Source: Candidatus Obscuribacteraceae bacterium (GTDB lineage: Bacteria; Cyanobacteriota; Vampirovibrionia; Obscuribacterales; Obscuribacteraceae). From it: a stretch of 64,000 nucleotides of DNA. Both the position numbers and the translations under genes were made by a program. Positions 36,495 to 46,595 of the stretch are shown here, piece by piece (the first letter of the stretch is position 1; each line of letters opens with the position of its first letter). Location: assembly GCA_044226015.1 (NCBI GenBank), contig JBGAHS010000001.1, forward strand, positions 512,001 to 576,000, given 5' to 3'. The notes below the pieces were generated by a model. That model ran no database searches and was not told the origin of the DNA. It was given only the letters and a program-made list of their open reading frames with translations.

Positions 36495-38090
36495 ATGAAG
36501 CTTTGTCTAATTTGCAATTTTCAATTTGGTGACGAGCAAGAGCTCTGTCCCAAGGACATGTCTAAGCTTGTCCCTGTTGGCAAAGATCCTCTCATTGGCA
36601 TGCTTATTCAAGACCGCTACCGCATTGAAAGTCTTGTTGCCAAAGGTTCTATGGGTGTCGTTTATCGCGCCATGCAAGAAGCGATTGGCAGACCTGTTGC
36701 CATAAAAGTAATGCATGGTTACCTGGTTCATGACGATGAGTCAATGAAGCGATACCACAAAGAAGCTAAAGCGGCCAGCCGCTTGAATCATCCGAACATA
36801 ACTTCGGTCTATGATTTCGGGGTTCTTGCCTCCGGACAGCCCTACATCGTTATGGACCTGCTGGTTGGCAAATCACTCGCCGAAATTTTGCAGCAGCGCG
36901 GGCAGCTGACTACAGGGCAGACCATGATGGTCTTTAATCAGGTCTGTCAGGCCTTGGCAGAGGCGCACTCACGAGGCGTAGTTCATAGAGACATCAAGCC
37001 GGAAAACATTGTTATTGAAGAATTGCCTGACGGTAAGAATATCAATGTCAAAGTTGTGGATTTCGGAATTGCCACGTTTTCGGCCGAAACCGAAGATGAC
37101 ACCATCGGAAAAATTACAAAAACAGGCACCGTATGTGGTAGCCCATTTTATATGAGCCCAGAACAATGTGATGCCGGTAAGGTTGATGCTAGAAGCGACT
37201 TGTACTCGCTGGGCATTGTTCTGTTTGAGTGTTTGACCGGAAAGGTTCCGTTTGAATCGAAGGATATATACACAGTTCTCACAATGCAGGTTAAAGAGCC
37301 TCCACCGCGTCTCAGCAAAATGCGCCCTGAGCTAGACTTCAGCAACGACCTGGAATTGTTCGTTGCTAAAACTCTATCGAAAGAACCATCGGCTCGTTTT
37401 CAATCAGCACAGCAGTTCTGGGAAGGCTTATTTGCTGCCTCCACTGGTGGTGGCAAGAAACAGCCTTCGCAGGAATTCAGGAAAATTCCAGACGATGCTG
37501 CTTCTGCTTCTTCTTCTTCTTCTTCTTCTCGAACAACTCAAGCAGAAGAGGCGGCAGCAATATCTAGTTCAGTGGCGGCAGCTACTGAAGAGTTGATAAC
37601 TTCCTCACGCTCACAGCGAGCTGCAGTGAAGCAAGAGAAAGAGAAAATGCGACGCCGTGTTCAAAATCGTGGCGTTTCGGGCGTTGATAGATTTGTTAGT
37701 ATCGCTCAGATAGTTGTGCCACCAGTACTCTCAGTGATTATGACTGTTGCTCTGTTCTGGATCGTTGCAAACCAGGCAATTATTCACAGCATTTTTTCGC
37801 CTTCCTCAAGCAGCGGACCGGGCAGCGTGAAGACAGTAGAATCACTCATTGCGCAAGGCAAACTCGAAGAAGCAAGAACCATTTTGGAAATGAGAAGGAA
37901 AGATGGCGCTTTCTCTGAAAACGATCAGGAAAATCTAGACATCACTTTGAGCAAGCTCGCTAAACGTGAGGCGCGAGCCAAGCACTACAAGAAAGCAGCT
38001 GCCTACCTGGAGCAGCTTTCAGACGAGAGCAAAGATGACGAAGCTGTGAAGGCGTTGATCAGGCGCTATAAAAAGATGGCGTCCAAATAA
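36495..38090 (+). CDS. Hanks-type Ser/Thr protein kinase with N-terminal zinc-ribbon-like motif, TM helix and C-terminal helical domain
   Basis: CLIC...CPKD; VAIK, HRDIKPEN, DFG, GSPFYMSPEQ; poly-Ser linker; TM. Confidence 0.93.
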   Translation: MKLCLICNFQFGDEQELCPKDMSKLVPVGKDPLIGMLIQDRYRIESLVAKGSMGVVYRAMQEAIGRPVAIKVMHGYLVHDDESMKRYHKEAKAASRLNHPNITSVYDFGVLASGQPYIVMDLLVGKSLAEILQQRGQLTTGQTMMVFNQVCQALAEAHSRGVVHRDIKPENIVIEELPDGKNINVKVVDFGIATFSAETEDDTIGKITKTGTVCGSPFYMSPEQCDAGKVDARSDLYSLGIVLFECLTGKVPFESKDIYTVLTMQVKEPPPRLSKMRPELDFSNDLELFVAKTLSKEPSARFQSAQQFWEGLFAASTGGGKKQPSQEFRKIPDDAASASSSSSSSRTTQAEEAAAISSSVAAATEELITSSRSQRAAVKQEKEKMRRRVQNRGVSGVDRFVSIAQIVVPPVLSVIMTVALFWIVANQAIIHSIFSPSSSSGPGSVKTVESLIAQGKLEEARTILEMRRKDGAFSENDQENLDITLSKLAKREARAKHYKKAAAYLEQLSDESKDDEAVKALIRRYKKMASK

Positions 38091-38091
38091 G

Positions 38092-39117
38092 CTATGCTTC
38101 GACAAACGCACCGAGCTTACGGAACTTGTTCTGTCTATCGCGTTTGAGTTCGGACGGAGACAGCTTTGTAAGTTCTTTCAGGTGTCGATTGATTGCTTCT
38201 GCCATGCGTTCGGCTGCAAAATCGTAGTCGTGATGGGCGCCACCGAGTGGCTCTGAAATGACTTCGTCAGCGACTCCTAAGGATTTAATCTCCTTGGCTG
38301 TCATCTTCATAGCCTGGCAGGCTTCAGCGACCTTCTCTGCAGAGCGCCATAGAATGGATGCGCAGCCCTCGGGTGAAATCACGGAGTAAACTGAATGTTC
38401 AAGCATGAGAATTCGGTTGGCAACGCCGATAGCGAGCGCACCACCAGAGCCGCCTTCACCGGTAACTACCGCAATGACTGGAACGCTTAAGCCGCATAGT
38501 TCTCGCAAATTAACAGCGATTGCTTCTGCCTGGTTGTGTTCTTCTGCCGTGAGTCCGGGATATGCGCCTGGTGTGTCGATTAAATTGATGATGGGGAGAT
38601 TGAACTTATCGGCATGTCTGAAGAGGCGAAGTGCCTTTCGGTAGCCTTCCGGTTGTGGCATTCCGAAGTTGCAAGTTTGCTTCTCTCTGATGTTGCGACC
38701 TTTTTGTGTGCCCAGAACAACGCAGGTAAAGTCGCCTATCTGGACTAAACCGCCGACCATTGCCGCATCGTCAACGCCCTGTCTGTCGCCATGCAGTTCT
38801 ATCCAACCTGGGTCCCAGCGCTCAATATAATCTCTGGTGTATGGACGCTGCGCATGGCGGGCCAGAGCAAGGTGATCAATGCCACGAAGGTTGCTGTACA
38901 ACGAGCGTTTTAGCTGATCGTACTGCTGGTTCAGGCGATCGAGATCCTTCTCCAATTCTGGATTTACGTTATCTTTCAACTGCTTTTCCAGAGCTTCAAT
39001 TTGTTGTTGAAACACCGTAAGGGGCTGCTCAAATTCGAGCGGAATAATTTTTTTCGCTTCTGCCGTTTTCTTGCTTGCGTCAGCCGGTTTCTTTTCCGGT
39101 TCTTTTCCTTCAGCCAT
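38092..39117 (-). CDS. accA: Acetyl-CoA carboxylase carboxyltransferase alpha subunit
   Basis: LEFEQP, ELHGDR, NFGMPQPEGYRKALR, GEGGSGGALA, SVISPEGCASILW. Confidence 0.97.
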   Translation of the reverse strand: MAEGKEPEKKPADASKKTAEAKKIIPLEFEQPLTVFQQQIEALEKQLKDNVNPELEKDLDRLNQQYDQLKRSLYSNLRGIDHLALARHAQRPYTRDYIERWDPGWIELHGDRQGVDDAAMVGGLVQIGDFTCVVLGTQKGRNIREKQTCNFGMPQPEGYRKALRLFRHADKFNLPIINLIDTPGAYPGLTAEEHNQAEAIAVNLRELCGLSVPVIAVVTGEGGSGGALAIGVANRILMLEHSVYSVISPEGCASILWRSAEKVAEACQAMKMTAKEIKSLGVADEVISEPLGGAHHDYDFAAERMAEAINRHLKELTKLSPSELKRDRQNKFRKLGAFVEA

Positions 39118-39170
39118 TTTCACTCCGACGATTAGTTCGATTGCTAGGACCTGATCAAATTGCAGCTATC

Positions 39171-40088
39171 TCAGCGGGTTGCCATTGCCTTACTTTTTTT
39201 TTCCGAGTCTAGCTCGGGCTTCTTAGCCTTATGTATGGCGATGAGTCTTGCCAGCATGTCTTTTAGTCTTGGTCTTTCAACCACCATGTCGACCTGTCCA
39301 TGACTCAGCAAATACTCTGCGGTTTGGAAGTCGGCCGGCAATTTCTGTCTTATCGTCTGCTCGATGACTCGGCGTCCTGCAAAGCCTACTCGAGCGCCAG
39401 GCTCAGCAATGATAATGTCGCCCAGCATGGCGAAGCTTGCAGTTACGCCTCCATATGTTGGCTCAGTCAATATACTTATATATAGAAGCTTTTCTTCGTG
39501 GAACGAGCGAAGCGTCGCGCTGGTCTTGGCAAGTTGCATGAGGCTCAAAATCCCTTCTTGCATTCTTGCTCCGCCAGAGCTTGAAATAATTATCAGAGGA
39601 ATACGTTGTTCTTCTGCATGCTCGATTATGCGGGCGACCTTCTCCCCGACCACTGAGCCCATAGAGCCACCAAAGTGACCGAAGTCCATTACACCAATGG
39701 CGGTGCTCTGGTTTTCTATCTTGCATACTCCAGTAACGACTGCTTCTCTTAATCCAGATTTGCGGCTGGCTTCCTCCAGGCGCTTTTTGTAAGGCTCTGA
39801 ATCAACGAAATTCAATGGGTCAGCTGAAGACAGATTTGCATTGAGTTCCACGAAAGAATCTGGGTCAGCGATTTGATCGATGCGCTGCTCGGCCCCTATG
39901 CGGAAGTGGTATTGGCACTTAGGGCAGACATGCAGGTTGATGCGCAGATCGCGTGTGTAGAGCAACTCTCTGCAGAAAGGACATTGAGTCCACAGTTGGC
40001 AATATTCGTCAGTATTAGGTGGTAGCTTAGGTTCGACCTCTCTTTGTTTCTGTCGGTTTGCAAACCACTCTTTTAGATCTTTATACAT
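39171..40088 (-). CDS. accD: Acetyl-CoA carboxylase carboxyltransferase beta subunit
   Basis: LWTQCPFC...CPKC zinc finger, GGSMGSVVGEK, SGGARMQEG, GFAGRRVIEQT. Confidence 0.97.
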   Translation of the reverse strand: MYKDLKEWFANRQKQREVEPKLPPNTDEYCQLWTQCPFCRELLYTRDLRINLHVCPKCQYHFRIGAEQRIDQIADPDSFVELNANLSSADPLNFVDSEPYKKRLEEASRKSGLREAVVTGVCKIENQSTAIGVMDFGHFGGSMGSVVGEKVARIIEHAEEQRIPLIIISSSGGARMQEGILSLMQLAKTSATLRSFHEEKLLYISILTEPTYGGVTASFAMLGDIIIAEPGARVGFAGRRVIEQTIRQKLPADFQTAEYLLSHGQVDMVVERPRLKDMLARLIAIHKAKKPELDSEKKSKAMATR

Positions 40089-40255
40089 ACTGCCAGCTTC
40101 CTTTTGTAATTTGGTGCTGCGCTGTTAGCACTACGTTTCTTTTGCCATCACTCTAGCTAGAATTAGCAAGGTGATTGATAGCATTCAAGCAATCAGAAAT
40201 GATTGCCGCGGCTCTTGAAGAGCCACCCAACATTCTTGACGATTGAGATTATAAC

Positions 40256-41134
40256 ATGCGCATCCCTCGATTCTTTGCTACTGGAAAGGACCTCCAGTCC
40301 CTTAAAACAGCACTCTCGGCAGTTTCTGCGGACAGTGCTCATTTAGCCTTAGCTGAAGAGGATCTAATTAAGCAGATACGTGTTGTGTTGCGACTGGGCA
40401 AAGGGTCGCAGATTCTGCTTATTGACGATTCTGGGCAATCTGGCAGGTTTGAACTGAACGAAGTGAATAAGTCGACCGTATCGTGCGTATTGCTCGAACA
40501 AATCAAGGGGAACGCATCATGGGCACAGCGCGTGACGGTGGGGCTTGCCATGATAAAAAACGATCGCTTCGAATGGGCTCTGGAGAAGCTGAGTGAACTG
40601 GGTGTTACAGAAATAATTCCGCTTGGAACTAGAAACTGTGTAGTAAAGATGCCTGATGCAAAGAGTGCAGACAAAAGTCAGTCCGAAAAATCTGAAGGCA
40701 AGTTGAGACGCTGGCAGAGCATTCTTCGAGAGTCTGCCGAACAAAGCGAAAGAGTCACGATACCACAGGTGGTGAAGCCTCAAGCACTGGAAGAGTTCCT
40801 TGCCTACAGTGATACTAAAGGTGATGCAAGCACATCGCTACGGTTTATTTGTGCTGAGCGTAGTCAGGTGATACCACTGGCGAAGGCATTGACCGATTGT
40901 ATATACGATCGTGCATCTGAAAGTGATGGCGCCTGTGGTGCCGATATAAAGTCTATATCTTTATTGGTTGGGCCCGAAGGTGGCTTCGTAGACTGGGAAT
41001 TGGAGCTTGCTGAGAGCAGAGGATGGCAGCCTGTCAGCCTGGGACCTAGAATCTTACGTAGTGAAACCGCTTCTATTGTCGCAATGGCCCAAGTCGCATC
41101 AGTACTGGATATAGCGAATCGAAAATTACGCTAA
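40256..41134 (+). CDS. rsmE: 16S rRNA m3U1498 methyltransferase
   Basis: VLRL, ELGV, AEQSER, VGPEGGF, LGPRILRSETA. Confidence 0.94.
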   Translation: MRIPRFFATGKDLQSLKTALSAVSADSAHLALAEEDLIKQIRVVLRLGKGSQILLIDDSGQSGRFELNEVNKSTVSCVLLEQIKGNASWAQRVTVGLAMIKNDRFEWALEKLSELGVTEIIPLGTRNCVVKMPDAKSADKSQSEKSEGKLRRWQSILRESAEQSERVTIPQVVKPQALEEFLAYSDTKGDASTSLRFICAERSQVIPLAKALTDCIYDRASESDGACGADIKSISLLVGPEGGFVDWELELAESRGWQPVSLGPRILRSETASIVAMAQVASVLDIANRKLR

Positions 41135-41316
41135 GAATTGAAAATAACCTTGACAAAAATTTCTGTAAAAGGTCTTATAGTAACGTTTGTTTATCTCGCC
41201 GATTTTCTGCGCTTAGCTTCCTGCATCAAGCCAAGCACCGCCAGCCTGAACGACTGGTAGCCTTCTTGTGCCGGAATTAGGGAAAAACAGCTAATTGCGG
41301 AAGGAGTTTTCCGAAA

Positions 41317-41985
41317 ATGACTATAGCGGAGAATCTAGCCGATATACGTAAGTCGTTTTCTGCTAAACCGGTAACTCTGATCGCCGTCAGTAAATATGTT
41401 GGCATTGAACAAATTACGGAAGCGTTCGAAAACGGAGTCACCGAATTTGGTGAAAGCAAAATTCAGGATGCATTGCTCAAGCAAAATTCTGTGCCACCAC
41501 ATATGGCGGAACATATCCACTGGCATTTTATCGGACATCTTCAAAGCAACAAAGCTAAGAAGGCTGTTGGGCGCTTCGTTTTGATTCATTCGGTCGACAG
41601 TATTTCTCTTGCAAAAGAATTATCGGCGCAGGCTGTAAAGATGCAAACTGAGCAATCGGTACTTCTTCAAGTGAAAGTTGTTGACGATCCTTCCAAATCT
41701 GGTTTTTCTCCAGAAGCGCTTAAGGACAGCTTTCGAGACTTAGTCGATTTGCCCGGCTTGCGCGTTGATGGCTTGATGACGATGACACCACTCACTGAAG
41801 ACGAAGACGTGTGGCGAAGATGTTTCACCGGTCTAAAATCACTTCGAGATGAGCTTGAAGAGCGGCATGGTGTGCGGCTCAAGGAGCTATCGATGGGTAT
41901 GTCTGATGATTACCAGGTAGCCGTCACCTGTGGTGCCACGATGGTGAGACTCGGAACAGCAATTTTTGAAAATTCCAAAAAATAG
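41317..41985 (+). CDS. yggS: PLP homeostasis protein YggS/PipY
   Basis: LIAVSK, FGE, WHFIGHLQSNK, LSMGMSDDY, GATMVRLG. Confidence 0.96.
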   Translation: MTIAENLADIRKSFSAKPVTLIAVSKYVGIEQITEAFENGVTEFGESKIQDALLKQNSVPPHMAEHIHWHFIGHLQSNKAKKAVGRFVLIHSVDSISLAKELSAQAVKMQTEQSVLLQVKVVDDPSKSGFSPEALKDSFRDLVDLPGLRVDGLMTMTPLTEDEDVWRRCFTGLKSLRDELEERHGVRLKELSMGMSDDYQVAVTCGATMVRLGTAIFENSKK

Positions 41986-42103
41986 GTGCAAAAAGAAGTC
42001 AAATATCTGGTATCTTGTATGGTGGCTAGATGAAAGTGGTGAGTCATTTAGCCAAGGTGATGGACGAGGGGTAAGGTAAACCGGGACGGGTAAGGAGGAG
42101 CAA

Positions 42104-42610
42104 GTGAGCCTAGTTCAAAAAATCAGAAGTTTTTGGTTTGGACCTGCTGACAATTACGATCAGGAAGATTTTGAGGATCTGTTCGAGACAAGTGACGAGA
42201 TTTATCAAACCAGCGGTCAACTTGCTTTAGACAAGGCGCCGACTGTAGAACCAGTCAGAACAGCGAAGATTCTTCCAACAAGCAACACAAAAGTAGTTGA
42301 GCATCCTAATGCTCAACCCAATAGCGAAGTTATGGTGATTGAACCCCGTACCTTCAATGAAGCAATGGACATTGTCGAGTTTTTGCGCGGACGCAAGTCA
42401 GTTCTCCTCAATTTGCACTTGTTGGATAACGAGACTTCCCAGCGAATCGTTGACTTCCTGTCCGGAGCAACACACGCAATTGATGGTCATCAACAACGGA
42501 TTGGCGATGGAGTGTTCCTCTTCGCACCATCTACGGTGGTGATTAGCGCCGAGTCTAGTTCTTCAAAAGCTATTCGCGACGTGTTCTGGAATAAGACCCA
42601 GCTCTCTTAG
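42104..42610 (+). CDS. sepF: Cell division protein SepF
   Basis: GGAGG RBS; EPRTFNEA, SVLLNL, QRIVDFLSG, FLFAP; follows yggS. Confidence 0.94.
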   Translation: MSLVQKIRSFWFGPADNYDQEDFEDLFETSDEIYQTSGQLALDKAPTVEPVRTAKILPTSNTKVVEHPNAQPNSEVMVIEPRTFNEAMDIVEFLRGRKSVLLNLHLLDNETSQRIVDFLSGATHAIDGHQQRIGDGVFLFAPSTVVISAESSSSKAIRDVFWNKTQLS

Positions 42611-42628
42611 TTAGAACCTGCAACATTC

Positions 42629-42672
42629 AATTGAAGGCGGACATCTCCCTGTAGTCCGCCTTCAATTTTTTT
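42629..42672 (+). terminator. Intrinsic terminator after sepF
   Basis: AATTGAAGGCGGAC...GTCCGCCTTCAATT followed by a T run. Confidence 0.85.
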
Positions 42673-42795
42673 GTCTTGGTGCAGGTGTTTTCTTTGTTGA
42701 TGCAGCTAGCGCAGTTGCTAATATTGGCATGCAATTAGGCATGCCTGCTCCCTTGCAAAAGCAAATTCATCGTGGTATCGCAGTTGGTTCAGTGC

Positions 42796-43707
42796 TCAAA
42801 AGCTCTTATGGAACCAATTCCAGGGGTTCACCGCATTGTTATTCACATAAAGACTGAAGTGCAAATGTGGACCGCTTGCTCGTCCAGTTGCTCCAATGAG
42901 CCCTATCTTCTGACCGGCTGATACCATGTCGCCTTCTTTTACTAGAATCTTGCTCATGTGAATGTAGAACGAGACGACGCCTTGCCCGTGGTCAATCGCG
43001 ACGGTATTGCCGTGAAGTCGCCAACCCCATTTGCTTATAATGACTCGGCCATTAGCGCAGGCTGTGATAGGCGAACCGATCGCACCTGCGAAATCTTGAC
43101 CTGAATGGAAATAGTCTGTCAGAAGTTTTCCGTTCACCCGGCGTCGCACTCCATACGGTGAAGATGTCCTAGCCTGACTCGGTTTCAAGAATTGCCCAAT
43201 CCAAAACTGGTGTGGCGTAACTGTTTCTTTCGCCTTCTGTACTGTTTCTTCTTCACCAGGACTGCTAATAAAATTGTCTTTGCCTTTCGGTAGTGAAAGC
43301 ACCTGCACCCCAAACATGCCTGGAGAAATCGTAACTGTCTTTTCCAGTTCACCATATTTCAAGGTAAATTTGCCTGGCTTCTGAAGGGCGTTGACGCCGA
43401 TCAACGCTTTGCCTATGACGGCATCCGCCTGCCCAGCTTTAAGGGGAAACACTTTATAGGAACGGTCGATGAAATGCACCTCCGGCAGTGCCGCACCAAC
43501 TGTGGCATCAGTACCGCCGGCGCTACCATCACCGTCGGTGCTACCAGCCTTCTTGCCTGCATCGTCTTTTATGAGTACTTCTATTGTGTCGCCCTGCTTG
43601 AAAGAGTCCGAATTCAGGATGATTTCGGCTGCATTCGTGCTTTGAGCGAATGCCTGGGAGATGAGCAAAAACGACAAGCTTAGAGAGATTCGTATAATTG
43701 AACGCAC
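42796..43707 (-). CDS. Exported M23 family metallopeptidase
   Basis: Signal peptide; HSGQDF, YIHMS, GATGRASGPHLHF. Confidence 0.92.
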   Translation of the reverse strand: MRSIIRISLSLSFLLISQAFAQSTNAAEIILNSDSFKQGDTIEVLIKDDAGKKAGSTDGDGSAGGTDATVGAALPEVHFIDRSYKVFPLKAGQADAVIGKALIGVNALQKPGKFTLKYGELEKTVTISPGMFGVQVLSLPKGKDNFISSPGEEETVQKAKETVTPHQFWIGQFLKPSQARTSSPYGVRRRVNGKLLTDYFHSGQDFAGAIGSPITACANGRVIISKWGWRLHGNTVAIDHGQGVVSFYIHMSKILVKEGDMVSAGQKIGLIGATGRASGPHLHFSLYVNNNAVNPWNWFHKSF

Positions 43708-43721
43708 AATTTGCTTTCTAG

Positions 43722-43934
43722 TTATTCGTTTGCCATGACTTTTTTCACGGCTTCAAGAAGGGCTTCAACTTTATCGAGCGGTATAGCGATGCCTTTTTTT
43801 GAGGGCTTTTCGCTTCCATCTTTATCAAGATACCATTCTCTTACATGCAAGAGCCTCATTCCGGCGAATTCTTCAATATATACCTTGATGGTCTCGCCCC
43901 TAGCTTTTTCATGAACGGTTACTCTTTCTTCCAA
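43722..43934 (-). CDS. PC4/YdbC-like ssDNA-binding small protein
   Basis: EEFAG..LLHVREWY.DKDG..KPSKKGIAIP is a PC4-type pattern; GGAGGG RBS. Confidence 0.82.
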   Translation of the reverse strand: MEERVTVHEKARGETIKVYIEEFAGMRLLHVREWYLDKDGSEKPSKKGIAIPLDKVEALLEAVKKVMANE

Positions 43935-44109
43935 AGAAGTTCCCTCCAGATGGCTCGCTCAGTCTTGCTGTCTCTTTATTACCATATCGATTATATGAGA
44001 ATAAGTAAAGATCGCGCCGGTTCATTATGTAAGCGTGATGATATATCAGACCAATAATCAGGAAGGAATCAACTAAAATACTCTTGTGCAGATTCAATGA
44101 GCATTAAAG

Positions 44110-45411
44110 ATGCAGTTTGTCGATGAAGTGACCATAAAAGTTTTGTCCGGAGATGGTGGCAATGGGCTTGTTGCATGGCGGCGAGAAAAGTATGAGCCTC
44201 TAGGTGGTCCGGCTGGCGGAACTGGCGGTCGAGGTGGACACGTTATTCTCGAAGCCAGTAATGACCTTTCAACGCTTATGGACTTTCACTTCCGAACTGA
44301 ATTCAAAGCTTTGCCCGGAGAAAAAGGTGGACCAAAAAATCGTCATGGAAAAGATGGCGAAGACCTTATCATCAGGGTTCCAGTCGGAACTGTTGTCACA
44401 GATGTAACTAATGAACGTGTTATTGCCGACCTGTCAGCTCCAGCTGCGCGTGCACTAGTTGCAGAGGGCGGACGCGGAGGTCGTGGAAATAAAGATCTGG
44501 CCTCGCAGGCAAATCGCGCACCTTATTACTGTGAGCCAGGAGAAGCTGGCATCGAACGACAACTCCGGCTAACTCTCAAATTGCTGGCAGATGTAGGTTT
44601 GGTCGGATTGCCCAACGCCGGTAAATCAACTTTGCTTTCTGTGCTTACCAAGGCTCGTCCTAAAATTGCAGATTACCCATTTTCTACGCTCAACCCGAAC
44701 CTGGGAGTCATGAGGTCCTCCGATAATGCTTACGTGTTGGCAGACATTCCAGGTCTTATTGAGGGTGCATCAAAAGGAATTGGCTTGGGACACACTTTTC
44801 TCCGACATATTGAAAGAACAAGAGTGCTTGTTCATCTTGCTGATATAAGCTCGGAAAATTTGGAATCAGATCTGAAAATCATTTGTGCCGAACTTTTGTT
44901 CTATGCCGAAAGTGTTGCAAAAATGCCTCAGATTGTTTTTCTCAACAAGGCAGATCTCCTCAGTCCTGAAGATGCGCAGGAGATAGCACGTTCTATTGAT
45001 GCAAAACGTGCGGAAATCTTTCCATTTCCAGAGGCAATCAACAAAGTCATGTATGGAAGTTGTGGAACAACGCATGGCATTGATGACTTGCAAAATTCTG
45101 TTGTTGAACTGCTTTCAAAGATTCCGAAAGACGATACTGTCATTCAGCCGTTGGATGACGATGCAGCATATCAGCACCCCGATACTGGTTTTGATGTAAG
45201 CCGAAAGAAAGGTGTATTCTACGTTCGGGGCGATCGTATAGAAAGAATTCTTGGGGTCACCAATCTGAAAAATCCCGAATCGCTGCAGCATTTCTTCCAC
45301 ATACTCCGCGCTATGGGAATTATGGATGCCATGCTTCAGGAGGGTTTGAGTCCCGGCGATGAAGTGGTTGTAGGAAAGGTTGCTTTCTCCTACGGTGAGG
45401 AAATGCTCTAG
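44110..45411 (+). CDS. obgE: GTPase ObgE/CgtA with C-terminal OCT domain
   Basis: MQFVDE, GGRGG Obg fold, GLPNAGKS, DYPFST, DIPGLIEGA, NKAD. Confidence 0.98.
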   Translation: MQFVDEVTIKVLSGDGGNGLVAWRREKYEPLGGPAGGTGGRGGHVILEASNDLSTLMDFHFRTEFKALPGEKGGPKNRHGKDGEDLIIRVPVGTVVTDVTNERVIADLSAPAARALVAEGGRGGRGNKDLASQANRAPYYCEPGEAGIERQLRLTLKLLADVGLVGLPNAGKSTLLSVLTKARPKIADYPFSTLNPNLGVMRSSDNAYVLADIPGLIEGASKGIGLGHTFLRHIERTRVLVHLADISSENLESDLKIICAELLFYAESVAKMPQIVFLNKADLLSPEDAQEIARSIDAKRAEIFPFPEAINKVMYGSCGTTHGIDDLQNSVVELLSKIPKDDTVIQPLDDDAAYQHPDTGFDVSRKKGVFYVRGDRIERILGVTNLKNPESLQHFFHILRAMGIMDAMLQEGLSPGDEVVVGKVAFSYGEEML

Positions 45412-45495
45412 CACTTTGATTGGAGTATGAAGGCAGCTTGCCCGAAAGACCTTTCAAGCAGTCACTGAGGTGTTCAAGATCTCAACAAACAACTA

Positions 45496-45519
45496 AAGCT
45501 CTGAGCGAACTCAGAGCTT
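45496..45519. terminator. Hairpin between the convergent obgE and small gene
   Basis: AAGCTCTGAG-CGAA-CTCAGAGCTT; reads as a TTCG loop with T-rich tail on the - strand. Confidence 0.7.
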
Positions 45520-45548
45520 GAATCGATTCAAATTGCTTTGACTGAGGT

Positions 45549-45722
45549 CTAGTGAGTGTGACCTTCATGATCGTGGTGATCATGTCCTGCTTCTGCAGCC
45601 TTCACAGCCTTTTCGAAAGCGTAAATTGCTTGCTTGATATTGGTCTTGCGGGCCAATTTAGCCTTGCTTTGCTTACGCGCCATGACTTTGCGTGCGCGCT
45701 TTACACCTCTTTGTTGTGCCAT
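45549..45722 (-). CDS. Small basic protein with His-rich C-terminal tail (57 aa)
   Basis: AGGAG RBS before ATG 45722; MAQQRGVKRARK...HDHHDHEGHTH. Confidence 0.75.
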   Translation of the reverse strand: MAQQRGVKRARKVMARKQSKAKLARKTNIKQAIYAFEKAVKAAEAGHDHHDHEGHTH

Positions 45723-45857
45723 AACTAAAGCTCCTAATGTAGACAAGAGTGTAGCCGGTGCCACTCTTGCTGGTCAAAAAAATTCCAGATTGCCCATAAT
45801 ACAACAATCTACGGTTTTGAGATCTTCCAGGGCAGTCCGGCGTAACAAATGAACTTA

Positions 45858-46568
45858 CTACTGAGGCATCAAATTGATTTTGTTCTTGATGCTGCCCAGT
45901 TCCAAGTTCTTAGCTCGTTCCTCACATTCAATGGCGTCGTTTTCGCGATTCAATTGTTCATAAATGAAAGCTAATTTATGAAGAACGTCTGCTTGAAAAT
46001 GTAGGTCGCGGTTTACTGCGGTATCCAGCGTTTTGTTCGTGCTCTCAAAAAGCTTGAGCGCGGTTTTGTAGTCTTTCTTGTCTAGCGCCATCTGCCCGAT
46101 TGCCGCTTGAATTTCGCAAGCAAGCTCAGTTCTGGTTTGTTCCGCGCGTTTCAATCTGCTAAATGCTTCGCCTAGAAGCTTTCTTGCTTCCTCGTCGTTG
46201 CCGAGCGTTCGATTGTTTATCGCCATTTCTTTTTCAAGCCCGGCCAGCTTTTGCGGGTCTTCCTTCTTCTTACTCAATAATTCGAACTCTTCAGAACGAA
46301 GAGTCAGAGCACCTTCATCATCATTTTGCATCGAAGCTGTTTCAATTTCAGCTTCGAGTGCTTTCACTAGCTGCTCTGTTCTCTTTTGCTGTCGGGCATT
46401 CATGACCGCACTGTGAAAACTTTGGCGTGCTTTGTCCAGCTTGTTTTTGTTTCTAAATTCATGACCTTCTTGCATGAAGCGCTCAAATGGTGCGGCGCAT
46501 CCCGAGCTGCTCAGTGAGAGTAAAAGAACTGCTAGAACTCCGAATTTGTTCTCGATGTTTTTTTTCAT
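45858..46568 (-). CDS. TPR-repeat lipoprotein
   Basis: Lipobox-like SSGC after a hydrophobic stretch; helical TPR-like repeats. Confidence 0.75.
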   Translation of the reverse strand: MKKNIENKFGVLAVLLLSLSSSGCAAPFERFMQEGHEFRNKNKLDKARQSFHSAVMNARQQKRTEQLVKALEAEIETASMQNDDEGALTLRSEEFELLSKKKEDPQKLAGLEKEMAINNRTLGNDEEARKLLGEAFSRLKRAEQTRTELACEIQAAIGQMALDKKDYKTALKLFESTNKTLDTAVNRDLHFQADVLHKLAFIYEQLNRENDAIECEERAKNLELGSIKNKINLMPQ

Positions 46569-46595
46569 TGGACTTACTCAGAAGGTTGTGGATTG

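Noticed and set aside
37497..37529. (TCT)n microsatellite as a phase-variation tract
   Set aside because: Triplet repeat encoding a poly-Ser linker; length change would not shift the frame.
40125..40150. CIRCE half-site TTAGCACT between accD and rsmE
   Set aside because: The second half (GAGTGCTAA) is absent at 9-nt spacing.
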